Both the position numbers and the translations under genes were made by a program. DNA of 64,000 bases from a bacterium. Its GTDB lineage: Bacteria; Actinomycetota; Acidimicrobiia; Spongiisociales; JAENVV01. The stretch covers positions 1,460 through 65,459 of the forward strand of contig JAHEFX010000001.1 in NCBI GenBank assembly GCA_024639975.1. Reading direction: 5' to 3'. Shown here one piece after another: positions 18,521 through 25,756 of this stretch; within the stretch, counting starts at the first letter, position 1, and the number at the start of each line of letters is the position of its first letter. The notes under the pieces were generated by a model. It was not told the DNA's origin, searched no databases, and was given only the letters and a program-made list of their open reading frames with translations.

Positions 18521-19510
18521 ATGCCTGCTGCTTCCGAAACGCGAGTCAAAGCCGAGATCAAACTGTCCAAGGACAAGGGCAACAAGCTCACCGATGATCG
18601 CGGCCGCCTCACCACAGACCTCGTCTCCCAGTACCTCACCGCAATCGGCGAGTACGAGCTGCTCACCGCCGAGCAGGAAGTCGAGCTCGCCCAGCTGATC
18701 GAGGCCGGCGAGACCGCCGCCGAGAAGCTCGAGGCGGGGAAGTTCAAGGACAAGCGCCAAGAGATCGGGCTCCGCCGCCGTGTGCGCCGTGGCCAAGAGG
18801 CCAAGGACGCCTTCCTGACCGCCAACCTCCGCCTCGTCGTCGCCAACGCCCGGCGTTACGCCAACACCTCCGGCATCGACTTCCTCGACCTGATCCAGGA
18901 AGGCAACCTCGGCCTCATCCGTGCCGTCGAGAAGTTCGACTGGCGCAAGGGTTTCAAGTTCTCCACCTACGCCACGTGGTGGATCCGACAGGCCATCACC
19001 CGAGCCATCGCCGACAAGTCCCGGACGGTCCGGATCCCGGTCCACCTCCACGACACCCTCGCTGCCGTGCGGGCCGCGCAGGCCAGCCTCAAGGCCGAGC
19101 TCGGACGCGACCCCAAGCCCGACGAGATCGCCGAAGAAGCCGGTGTCACGGTCGACAAGGTCGAGCTGGCGCTCACCGTCGCCGACACCGTCTCCCTCGA
19201 GCAGCCCGTCGGCGAGGACGGTGCCCAGCTCGGTGACTTCATCGAGGACGAGGATGCCGCCGACCCGGTGATCATCACCGAGGAGATGGACGTCGCCAAC
19301 AGCCTCCGCAAGTCCATCGACCGCCTCCCCGATCGGGAAGGCCGGATCCTGGCGCTCCGCTACGGCTTCTACGACGGCGTGCCCCGCACCCTCGAAGAGA
19401 TCGGCGACGAGTTCTCCCTCACCCGGGAGCGCATCCGCCAGCTCGAGAAACTGGCCCTGTGCCGACTCCGCCACCCCAGCTTCGGCATCCGCGAACAAGA
19501 CCTGGTCTGA
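18521..19510 (+). CDS. Sigma-70 family RNA polymerase sigma factor, group 2 (SigB-like, ~329 aa, no region 1.1)
   Basis: Region 1.2 [25 protein letters not shown]; region 2 with [43 protein letters not shown]; region 4 [12 protein letters not shown]. Size is typical of SigB-like alternative principal sigma factors. Confidence 0.85.
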   Translation: MPAASETRVKAEIKLSKDKGNKLTDDRGRLTTDLVSQYLTAIGEYELLTAEQEVELAQLIEAGETAAEKLEAGKFKDKRQEIGLRRRVRRGQEAKDAFLTANLRLVVANARRYANTSGIDFLDLIQEGNLGLIRAVEKFDWRKGFKFSTYATWWIRQAITRAIADKSRTVRIPVHLHDTLAAVRAAQASLKAELGRDPKPDEIAEEAGVTVDKVELALTVADTVSLEQPVGEDGAQLGDFIEDEDAADPVIITEEMDVANSLRKSIDRLPDREGRILALRYGFYDGVPRTLEEIGDEFSLTRERIRQLEKLALCRLRHPSFGIREQDLV

Positions 19511-19537
19511 CCGAAGGCCGTCGCCTTCTCCGAGAAA

Positions 19538-19559
19538 ACGGCGCCTCCCGGGGCGCCGT
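19538..19559 (+). terminator. GC-rich hairpin immediately after the sigma factor stop (ACGGCGCC-tcccgg-GGCGCCGT) followed by a T-rich stretch
   Basis: Perfect 8-bp inverted repeat starting 28 nt after the TGA (19508-10), followed by cttctcgtt. Confidence 0.45.
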
Positions 19560-19585
19560 CTTCTCGTTGGGGTTCTTGGGGTTTC

Positions 19586-19800
19586 GGGAGGCCCCCCTCC
19601 CACTTCGCTCCGCTTCGTGGGGCCCATCCCCCCTGGCGGGGGGATCTCTCGGAGGTGAGGGTGTTTGGGAGGCCCCCCTCCCACTTCGCTCCGCTTCGTG
19701 GGGCCCATCCCCCCTGGCGGGGGGATCTCTCTGATGGGCTGATTCCTCTTGGCGGGGGATCTCTCGGGTGGGGCCATTCCGTCTGGCGGGCGGGTCTTTC
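19586..19800. repeat. Tandem direct repeat of 81-bp period (2 full units + degenerate partial units), each unit carrying two GC hairpins
   Basis: Unit GGGAGGCCCCCCTCCCACTTCGCTCCGCTTCGTGGGGCCCATCCCCCCTGGCGGGGGGATCTCT at 19586-19649 and again at 19667-19730. The 3' half (TGGCGGGGGATCTCT-like) recurs twice more, degenerately, up to ~19800. Each unit carries palindromes GGGAGG-cccc-CCTCCC and CCCCCC-tggc-GGGGGG. Confidence 0.8.
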
Positions 19801-19810
19801 GGGTGGGGTC

Positions 19811-22108
19811 CTAGGCCATCGGGAGCCAGACCAGGCGTAGCTCGGTTACCCGCACGTCGGACTTCTCGAGGCCGATCTCGACTTCTTCGATTGCCTCGGC
19901 CTTGAGCGCCCACTCGTCGGTGATGTGTTCGACGTCGGTGGCGAGGTCCGTCTCGATGGCGGCGATTGCTTCCATGCGGGCGACGACCGATGCCTCCGCC
20001 TCGGCGAGACGGACCTCCGTCCGGTCGATCTCGGCTCGCCGTCTTGCGATACGACGGAGGCCGGCCGATGACGATCGTCCGCCGGCGAAGGCCCCCAGGA
20101 GATCTCCGACGCCCCCGACCATCTCGTCCTGGCGATCGGCCCGGAGGTCGATGGCGAGCGTGTCGGCTTTGGACTCGGCGGTCCTCAAGCGATCCTGAGC
20201 CGTCCTGACCTTGGTCTCGTACCGGTCCTTCAGCTTCGCCAGGTCGGCGTCGGCGCCGGCGGCAGCCACATCGCCGCAGCGCGCCAAGAAGTCGTCGCGC
20301 GATTCGCCGAGGCGTGAGTAGAGCTTGAGGTCGGGGTTCTTCCAGACGGACACGGAGCGTTCGGCCACGAGGGCGTTGGTGATGGAGGTCCGCAGGTTCC
20401 GCCAGTAGGTCCCGTCGGCGACGGGTTGGTCGGGTAGCTCGAAGGTGGCACCGCTCGGCGGTGAGTCCCCGAAGTCGCGGTCGTCGTGGTCCACGGCCAA
20501 TCCGAGGCCGGGGTCGAGTGCCTTCGGCAGCGGATGGAAGACGGCCTCCCATTCCTCGGCGTGGTCCACCTCGGCGTACCGGTCGTCGAACCGGAGGTCC
20601 ACTCGGGCCACCACTGCCGGTTCCAGCCGGGTGCCGCTGGGGTCGCCGCCGACCAGCGGGAGCCAAGGGGCGCCGGCCCGGGCGTACCCCGGGTTGGCGC
20701 TGTCGGCCGCTGCCGGAGCGACGGCGACGACATCCACGGCCGGCTCCGGCGCAGTGCGGGAAGCAGGCGGCTCGGGCTCCACGGGGCCCCGCAGGCGTTC
20801 GAGGCCCTCCCTGGAGAGCGGCCCGGCCAGGTAGCTCATGGCCCAACGTGTGGAGAACTGGACCGGCTCGTCGGATCGAGTCGCGTGGAGGACGAACTCC
20901 CGCTTCTCGAGCCCCGAGATCCGAGCCGAGAGATCGGCGAGGTCGACGTCACCCCCGACCGACGCCATCCCCTCGAGGATGCGGGCTTGGTCACGCTCGG
21001 TCTGGAGACGGCCGATCATCCAGGTGCCGGCGTTGGACATTGCCTTGTAGTCGAGGTCCATCGGGTTCTGGGTGGCGAGCAGCAGACCGACGCCATGGGC
21101 GCGACCCTGCTTGAGCAGCGTGAGGATCGGTTGCTTGGACGGAGGGTTCGCCGTGGGTGGGGCGAACCCGAACACCTCGTCCATGTAGATGAGGAGTCGG
21201 AGTCGGTCGGTTCCCGGCTGGCGCCTCGCCCAGGAGACGGCCTTGGCCATCACCGTGGCCACCACGAACTGGCGCGATGCATCGTCGAGGTGGGCGACGG
21301 AGATCACGGCCGCTGCCGGCCGGTCGCCCGTGGGTGCGAGCATGCGGTCGAGGTCGAGCGCCTCGCCCTCCCGCCAGGCCGCTGCGGTGGGGGAGGCGAC
21401 GACCGCGTTGAGTCGCATGGCCAAGGCCTCCCGGTCCTGCGGCGATATGAACCGATCCAACTCGAAGACGCCCAGCTTGCGGATCGGCGGGTCGAGTGTC
21501 CTTGCGATCAGGGCTTCGAGGTCGAGGGTCTCACCTGCCAACCAAGCCGATTCGACGAGGGTCGCGAGGAGCACATGGGCCGGATCGGCGACCGGGTCGG
21601 CCTCGATGTCGGCCAAGAGGAGGATCGAGGAAACGAGTGCTCTCGCCTCATCCCGGATCGACTCGGCGTCGGCATCGACCGGGGGCGCCATCGAACCGAG
21701 CAGCCCGAGGGGCGTGCCGGCCGCCGACCCGGGGGTGTAGATGACCACCTCGGCTCCGGCCACGGCCTCCATCCGTTCCCGATCGACCCCGGATCGTTCG
21801 AGACCCGATGCCCACAGGGCAGCAGTGGCGGCGGCAACCTCGGCCCGGTCCTCGCCCGGGGCCGGATCGACCCACGGCTCGAAATCCTCGGACGAGAGTT
21901 CGGGGAACACGAGGGCGAGGTTGCCGATATCCCCCTTCGGGTCGATCGCCAGCACCGGGACCCCCGACGACAGGGCTTCCTCGAGGCAGATGATCCCGAG
22001 GCCGGTCTTCCCGGAGCCGGTCATCCCCACCACCACTCCGTGGGTGGTCAGGTCGTCCCCGTCGATCTCGACCGGGTCGTCAGCCGATCCGCCCAGGTGC
22101 CAGCGCAT
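19811..22108 (-). CDS. HerA/FtsK-like P-loop ATPase (DUF87-like) with long C-terminal coiled-coil region, ~765 aa
   Basis: Start at MRWHLGG (22108). Walker A VVVGMTGSGKTG followed by LAIDPKGD (HerA-like DPxGE motif). Walker B LLIYMDEVFGF. C-terminal ATPase box GVGLLLATQNPMDLD…TWMIGRLQTERD. Residues ~560-760 are coiled-coil rich. Last gene of a four-gene operon. Confidence 0.65.
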   Translation of the reverse strand: MRWHLGGSADDPVEIDGDDLTTHGVVVGMTGSGKTGLGIICLEEALSSGVPVLAIDPKGDIGNLALVFPELSSEDFEPWVDPAPGEDRAEVAAATAALWASGLERSGVDRERMEAVAGAEVVIYTPGSAAGTPLGLLGSMAPPVDADAESIRDEARALVSSILLLADIEADPVADPAHVLLATLVESAWLAGETLDLEALIARTLDPPIRKLGVFELDRFISPQDREALAMRLNAVVASPTAAAWREGEALDLDRMLAPTGDRPAAAVISVAHLDDASRQFVVATVMAKAVSWARRQPGTDRLRLLIYMDEVFGFAPPTANPPSKQPILTLLKQGRAHGVGLLLATQNPMDLDYKAMSNAGTWMIGRLQTERDQARILEGMASVGGDVDLADLSARISGLEKREFVLHATRSDEPVQFSTRWAMSYLAGPLSREGLERLRGPVEPEPPASRTAPEPAVDVVAVAPAAADSANPGYARAGAPWLPLVGGDPSGTRLEPAVVARVDLRFDDRYAEVDHAEEWEAVFHPLPKALDPGLGLAVDHDDRDFGDSPPSGATFELPDQPVADGTYWRNLRTSITNALVAERSVSVWKNPDLKLYSRLGESRDDFLARCGDVAAAGADADLAKLKDRYETKVRTAQDRLRTAESKADTLAIDLRADRQDEMVGGVGDLLGAFAGGRSSSAGLRRIARRRAEIDRTEVRLAEAEASVVARMEAIAAIETDLATDVEHITDEWALKAEAIEEVEIGLEKSDVRVTELRLVWLPMA

Positions 22109-22127
22109 CAACCGAACCGGTCCGCCA

Positions 22128-22577
22128 TCAGAGCCTTGCTCGTAGGTCGTCGAGGTCGTCCTCGGCGGCCTTGCGGTCCTCGGCGTCAGCGATGGTCGTC
22201 GCGAGCGCACCGGCGCGTTCGAGGACCTCGCGCGCCGCCCGTTTGTCACCGCCGGCGAGCAGCGCTCGGGCAAGGGCTTCCTCGGCGAACACGACCATGA
22301 ATGCGTCGAGGTCGTGCTCGACGCAGATCTCCATGGACGAGGCGGCAAAGGCCCTGGCCAGGTCCGACTCGCCCATCAAGGCGAGTACCCGGCTGGCCTG
22401 CCAGTCGCTCATCGCGTGGTTCCGGGGATCCCCGGCCCGCCGCCAGTGGTAGCGGGAGGTGAGGGCTGTGGTGAGCATGTCGAGGTCCTGGGCCTCAGTG
22501 CGACCCTCGGTCCCGATCAGGTCCCACGTGTCGTTGAAGGTGTCGACGGCGAGCCGTCGGTGGTCATGTTCCGCCAT
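22128..22577 (-). CDS. Small all-helical hypothetical protein (149 aa) encoded between the NUDIX fusion and the HerA-like ATPase
   Basis: Start at the internal ATG (MAEHDHRRLAVDTFNDTWDL…). The longer track ORF is a GC-shadow extension. No recognisable catalytic motif. Spacing to neighbours is 28 bp and 19 bp. Confidence 0.45.
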   Translation of the reverse strand: MAEHDHRRLAVDTFNDTWDLIGTEGRTEAQDLDMLTTALTSRYHWRRAGDPRNHAMSDWQASRVLALMGESDLARAFAASSMEICVEHDLDAFMVVFAEEALARALLAGGDKRAAREVLERAGALATTIADAEDRKAAEDDLDDLRARL

Positions 22578-22605
22578 GCCCGCATACTCGCAGACGGCGA
22601 AGCGC

Positions 22606-23493
22606 CTAGGGGCCGGGGGGCACGTACCAGGCGTCGGTGAACTGGGTTCCCCCCGGGCGGAGCACCCAGGTCGAGCCCTTCTTGCAGTCGAAACGATCGT
22701 TGAACCGCATGCCCCTCCTGGCGAGGTGGTCCAGTGCCTCGGGGATGGCGTCGCCATGGGACGAGACCGCAGCCCGCCTTCCGGAGAGCCCCGACAGCAG
22801 GGCGGCGGTTGCCTCGGGTTTGGTTCCCTCTGCAAGGGCCTCGTGGATCTCGATCTCCAGGCCCAGCTTCTCCGCCAGCGGCTCGAAGGTCTGGATGCAC
22901 CGGGCAGCCGGTGACGAGATCAGTCGGGTGATGCCGGCGTGGCGCAGGCGTCGGGAGATCCCCTTGGCCTGCTCCAAGCCCTTGTCCGAGAGCGGTCGCT
23001 CCTCGTCCGGGCCCTTCCAGTCCTTCCGCCCACCGGCGTGGCCGTGGCGGACGACGTAGGTCATCGGGTTCGCCCGCACCCAATCGTCGGGGACGTTGGC
23101 CACGTGCAGCCGATCGGATCGATAGGTGAGCTCGCGCTCGGCCTGGTCGAGCGCCACCCACCGGACCTCGTCGACCTCGTCGTTCGGAACGAATCGACCG
23201 CTGATCGGCTCCATCGTGTACCAGGCGACGTACTTGGCCCGTGAGTTGACCTTGTAGGAAGAGAGCCCGTGGTCCTCGAAGGCGATGCATCGGTAGCCGG
23301 TCTCCTCCTCGACCTCCCGAAGCGCTGCGGTGAGGTCGTCCTCGCCCTTGTCGAGCCGGCCCTTGGGCAGCGTCCAGTCCCGATACTTCGGGCGGTGCGC
23401 GATGAGTACCTGTAGGCCCTTGGCATGGTGGGCTCGCAGCACCACACCGCCGGCGGCGCGGATCTTCAGTCGGGGCTTCTTGGTCTTGGTCAT
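22606..23493 (-). CDS. NUDIX hydrolase fused to a histidine-phosphatase (phosphoglycerate-mutase family) domain
   Basis: Nudix box GRLDKGEDDLTAALREVEEETG (GX5EX7REUXEEXGU). C-terminal histidine phosphatase RHG motif TYVVRHGHAGGR and a later catalytic His (SSHGDAIPE). Start ATG 23493 overlaps the upstream LOG stop (ATGA). Confidence 0.7.
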   Translation of the reverse strand: MTKTKKPRLKIRAAGGVVLRAHHAKGLQVLIAHRPKYRDWTLPKGRLDKGEDDLTAALREVEEETGYRCIAFEDHGLSSYKVNSRAKYVAWYTMEPISGRFVPNDEVDEVRWVALDQAERELTYRSDRLHVANVPDDWVRANPMTYVVRHGHAGGRKDWKGPDEERPLSDKGLEQAKGISRRLRHAGITRLISSPAARCIQTFEPLAEKLGLEIEIHEALAEGTKPEATAALLSGLSGRRAAVSSHGDAIPEALDHLARRGMRFNDRFDCKKGSTWVLRPGGTQFTDAWYVPPGP

Positions 23494-24017
23494 GGGGGAG
23501 CGGCGAGCCATGCTATTGCCTCGTCGACGGTCCCCACCCGCGACACGAGGGAGCCATCGAACCCGAATGCCTCGGCCATCGAGTCGAGCCACTCGGCCCA
23601 TTGCTCGCCGATGGCGAGCAATGGCATGGGCGTCGCCCCACGCAGGCCGTCGAGGTGGGCGCCGTTGAGGGCGGTGACCAACTCGGCGAAGGTGCCGAGG
23701 CTCCCGGGCAGGGCGACGGCCAGGTCCGCCCGGTCCACCAACTCGGCGATGCGTCCGGCGAGCGTGTCGGCGACGATGGCCTCCGCCACCCATCCATTGG
23801 GCCCGGTGCGCTGGGGGAACAGTCGGGGGGAGGTGATGCCGACGACGTGGCCACCGGCATCGCTCGCGCCACGGCTGACCGCCTCCATCAAACCGTGGTA
23901 GCCACCCGTGAGCACGACGTGTCCCTGCGCGGCCAGAGCGGCGCCGAGCGACATGGCCTCGACATAGATGGGCTCGGCCGGCTGTACCGAGGATGATCCG
24001 AACACGGCAACACGCAT
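23490..24017 (-). CDS. LOG-family / TIGR00730 Rossmann-fold nucleotide-binding protein (cytokinin-riboside-5'-monophosphate phosphoribohydrolase-like)
   Basis: MRVAVFGSS N-terminus. GGYHGLMEAVSRGA and LPGSLGTFAELVTAL (PGGxGTxxE-like) motifs. ~175 aa. Start re-called at the internal ATG 24017. Confidence 0.7.
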   Translation of the reverse strand: MRVAVFGSSSVQPAEPIYVEAMSLGAALAAQGHVVLTGGYHGLMEAVSRGASDAGGHVVGITSPRLFPQRTGPNGWVAEAIVADTLAGRIAELVDRADLAVALPGSLGTFAELVTALNGAHLDGLRGATPMPLLAIGEQWAEWLDSMAEAFGFDGSLVSRVGTVDEAIAWLAAPP

Positions 24018-24071
24018 GGCCGGAGCGTAGGGCCGGCGCGCGACGACTGGTCCCAACGTAGGCTGCCGCGG

Positions 24072-25139
24072 ATGCGTTGGAACGAAGCCGTGAGCCGAAT
24101 CGCGCCGTATGTGGGTGGTCGTCCCATCGAGGAGGTCGTCCGGGAGTTCGGCGTGGTTGACGTGGTGAAGCTCGCGTCGAACGAGTCGCCGGTCGAACCG
24201 TTCCCCGAAGTCGTCGAGGTGCTTGCGGCGACGGCCCCGGACGTGAACCGCTACCCCGACTCGGCGGTGTACTCGCTGACCCGTGAGATGGCGGAGGTCA
24301 TCGGCGTCGAACCCGACCAACTCTGGTTCGGTGCGGGGTCGAGCGAGCTGATCGGTGAGCTTGCCCTCGCTCTCGGCGGCCCGGGGACCAACGCCGTCAT
24401 GGCTTGGCCCTCCTTTGCCATGTACCCGATTTCCACGATGCGATCCGGTGCCGACCCGGTGATGGTCCCCCTCGACGAGGACCAGCGCCATGACCTCGAT
24501 GCCATGGGAGCCGCGATCGACGACTCGACCACGATCGTCTACCTCTGCAACCCGAACAACCCGACCGGCACGATCTTGCCGGGCGACGCCGTCGAAGCGT
24601 TCTGTCGCTCCACGTCCGACGACGTCCTGGTGGTCGTGGACGAGGCCTACCACGAGTTCGTCACCGACCCGGCCCATCGCTCGATGATCGATCTCGCCCG
24701 GGAACGCCCGAACGTGGTCGTCCTACGGACCTTCTCCAAGGTCTACGGGCTGGCCGGCCTCCGGATCGGGTACGCAATCGGCCAGGCGAACACGCTCGTG
24801 CATCTCAAGAGGCCCCAACGGCCATTCACGGTCACGGCGCCCGCCCAGATCGCAGCCGCCGAAGCGATCCGGCACCCACACCGGGTGGAGGGCCGACGCC
24901 TCGAGAACGCCGCCGGCCGCCGGATGCTGATGGCCGGTTTGGCCGAACGCGGTTTTCCAGCAGCGCGTTCCGAGACCAACTTCGTCTGGTTCGAGGTCGG
25001 CCCGATGGCAAAGAAGCTCTTCGAGGACCTCCAGCGCAAGGGCGTGATAGTTCGTGCCTTCGATGGTGCGGTCCGGGTGTCGGTCGGTACCGAGGTCGAG
25101 AACCGTCGGTTCCTGATGGCCCTCGATCAGGTGCTCTGA
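24072..25139 (+). CDS. hisC: Histidinol-phosphate aminotransferase
   Basis: VKLASNESP motif near the N-terminus; YLCNPNNPTG; PLP-lysine region RTFSKVYGLAGLRIGY. 355 aa. Confidence 0.85.
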   Translation: MRWNEAVSRIAPYVGGRPIEEVVREFGVVDVVKLASNESPVEPFPEVVEVLAATAPDVNRYPDSAVYSLTREMAEVIGVEPDQLWFGAGSSELIGELALALGGPGTNAVMAWPSFAMYPISTMRSGADPVMVPLDEDQRHDLDAMGAAIDDSTTIVYLCNPNNPTGTILPGDAVEAFCRSTSDDVLVVVDEAYHEFVTDPAHRSMIDLARERPNVVVLRTFSKVYGLAGLRIGYAIGQANTLVHLKRPQRPFTVTAPAQIAAAEAIRHPHRVEGRRLENAAGRRMLMAGLAERGFPAARSETNFVWFEVGPMAKKLFEDLQRKGVIVRAFDGAVRVSVGTEVENRRFLMALDQVL

Positions 25140-25678
25140 CCGAGCACCTTGGTCAACAGACGGTCGACGTAGGCGTCGTCGACGGACTCTCGAAGCAACA
25201 GGACCCGAAGGTGGGTCGCACCCATCAGTGCGTCGCGGACCACGGCCACCTCCTCGGGAGGAGGATCGCTCCCCATCACCTCGGCCACCAGTGCGTCGAG
25301 TTGGGGTAGGCCCTCGGCGATCACCGCTCCTCGCACCATCTCGAACCGCTCGTCCCACTCGGCCCTGGCGACGAGTAGCGCCAGGGCCCGGCCCTGCTCG
25401 TCCTCCATCGACCGAGCGAATCGCACCAGCACCTCGGCGAGCTGCTCCCTGGGGGAGTTACCCGCCGGGGGGACGAAGTGGGGCTTGGCACCCGCGGCCA
25501 GCAGGTCGGCGAGGATGTCGAGCCGCTCGGGCCAGTGGCGGTAGACCGTCGCCCGGCCGACGCCGGCCTCCTCGGCGATGCGAAGGTGGGTGACGGCGTC
25601 GGGCCCCTCCGACTCGAGGAGTCGGCTCGCGGCATCGATCATGAGCGAGTGCGTTCGCTCCACCTGGGGATTGGCCAT
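25127..25678 (-). CDS. TetR-family transcriptional regulator (divergent from the MMPL transporter)
   Basis: HTH LRIAEEAGVGRATVYRHWPER. ~185 aa. Divergent promoter region 25694-25756. Confidence 0.75.
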   Translation of the reverse strand: MANPQVERTHSLMIDAASRLLESEGPDAVTHLRIAEEAGVGRATVYRHWPERLDILADLLAAGAKPHFVPPAGNSPREQLAEVLVRFARSMEDEQGRALALLVARAEWDERFEMVRGAVIAEGLPQLDALVAEVMGSDPPPEEVAVVRDALMGATHLRVLLLRESVDDAYVDRLLTKVLGQST

Positions 25679-25756
25679 GAGGCCATGGTACACGTTGACC
25701 TAGGTGAGACATCTTGTATCATCTGATGTCGAGTCGGTCCCGGATCCAGCGGATTC

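Noticed and set aside
19586-19800. Possible CRISPR array
   Set aside because: Only two full 64-bp units with a 17-bp spacer, plus degenerate partials. The units are internally palindromic at two sites and far longer than CRISPR repeats. No cas genes or leader are present. A REP-like tandem repeat fits better.
19811-22108. Interpretation of the P-loop ATPase as a conjugative coupling protein (TraD/VirD4-type) marking an integrative conjugative element
   Set aside because: No relaxase, VirB4, integrase, repeats or other transfer genes are present in the flanks. The neighbours are housekeeping genes or nucleotide enzymes. The HerA-like DPxG motif and coiled-coil tail do not fit VirD4.
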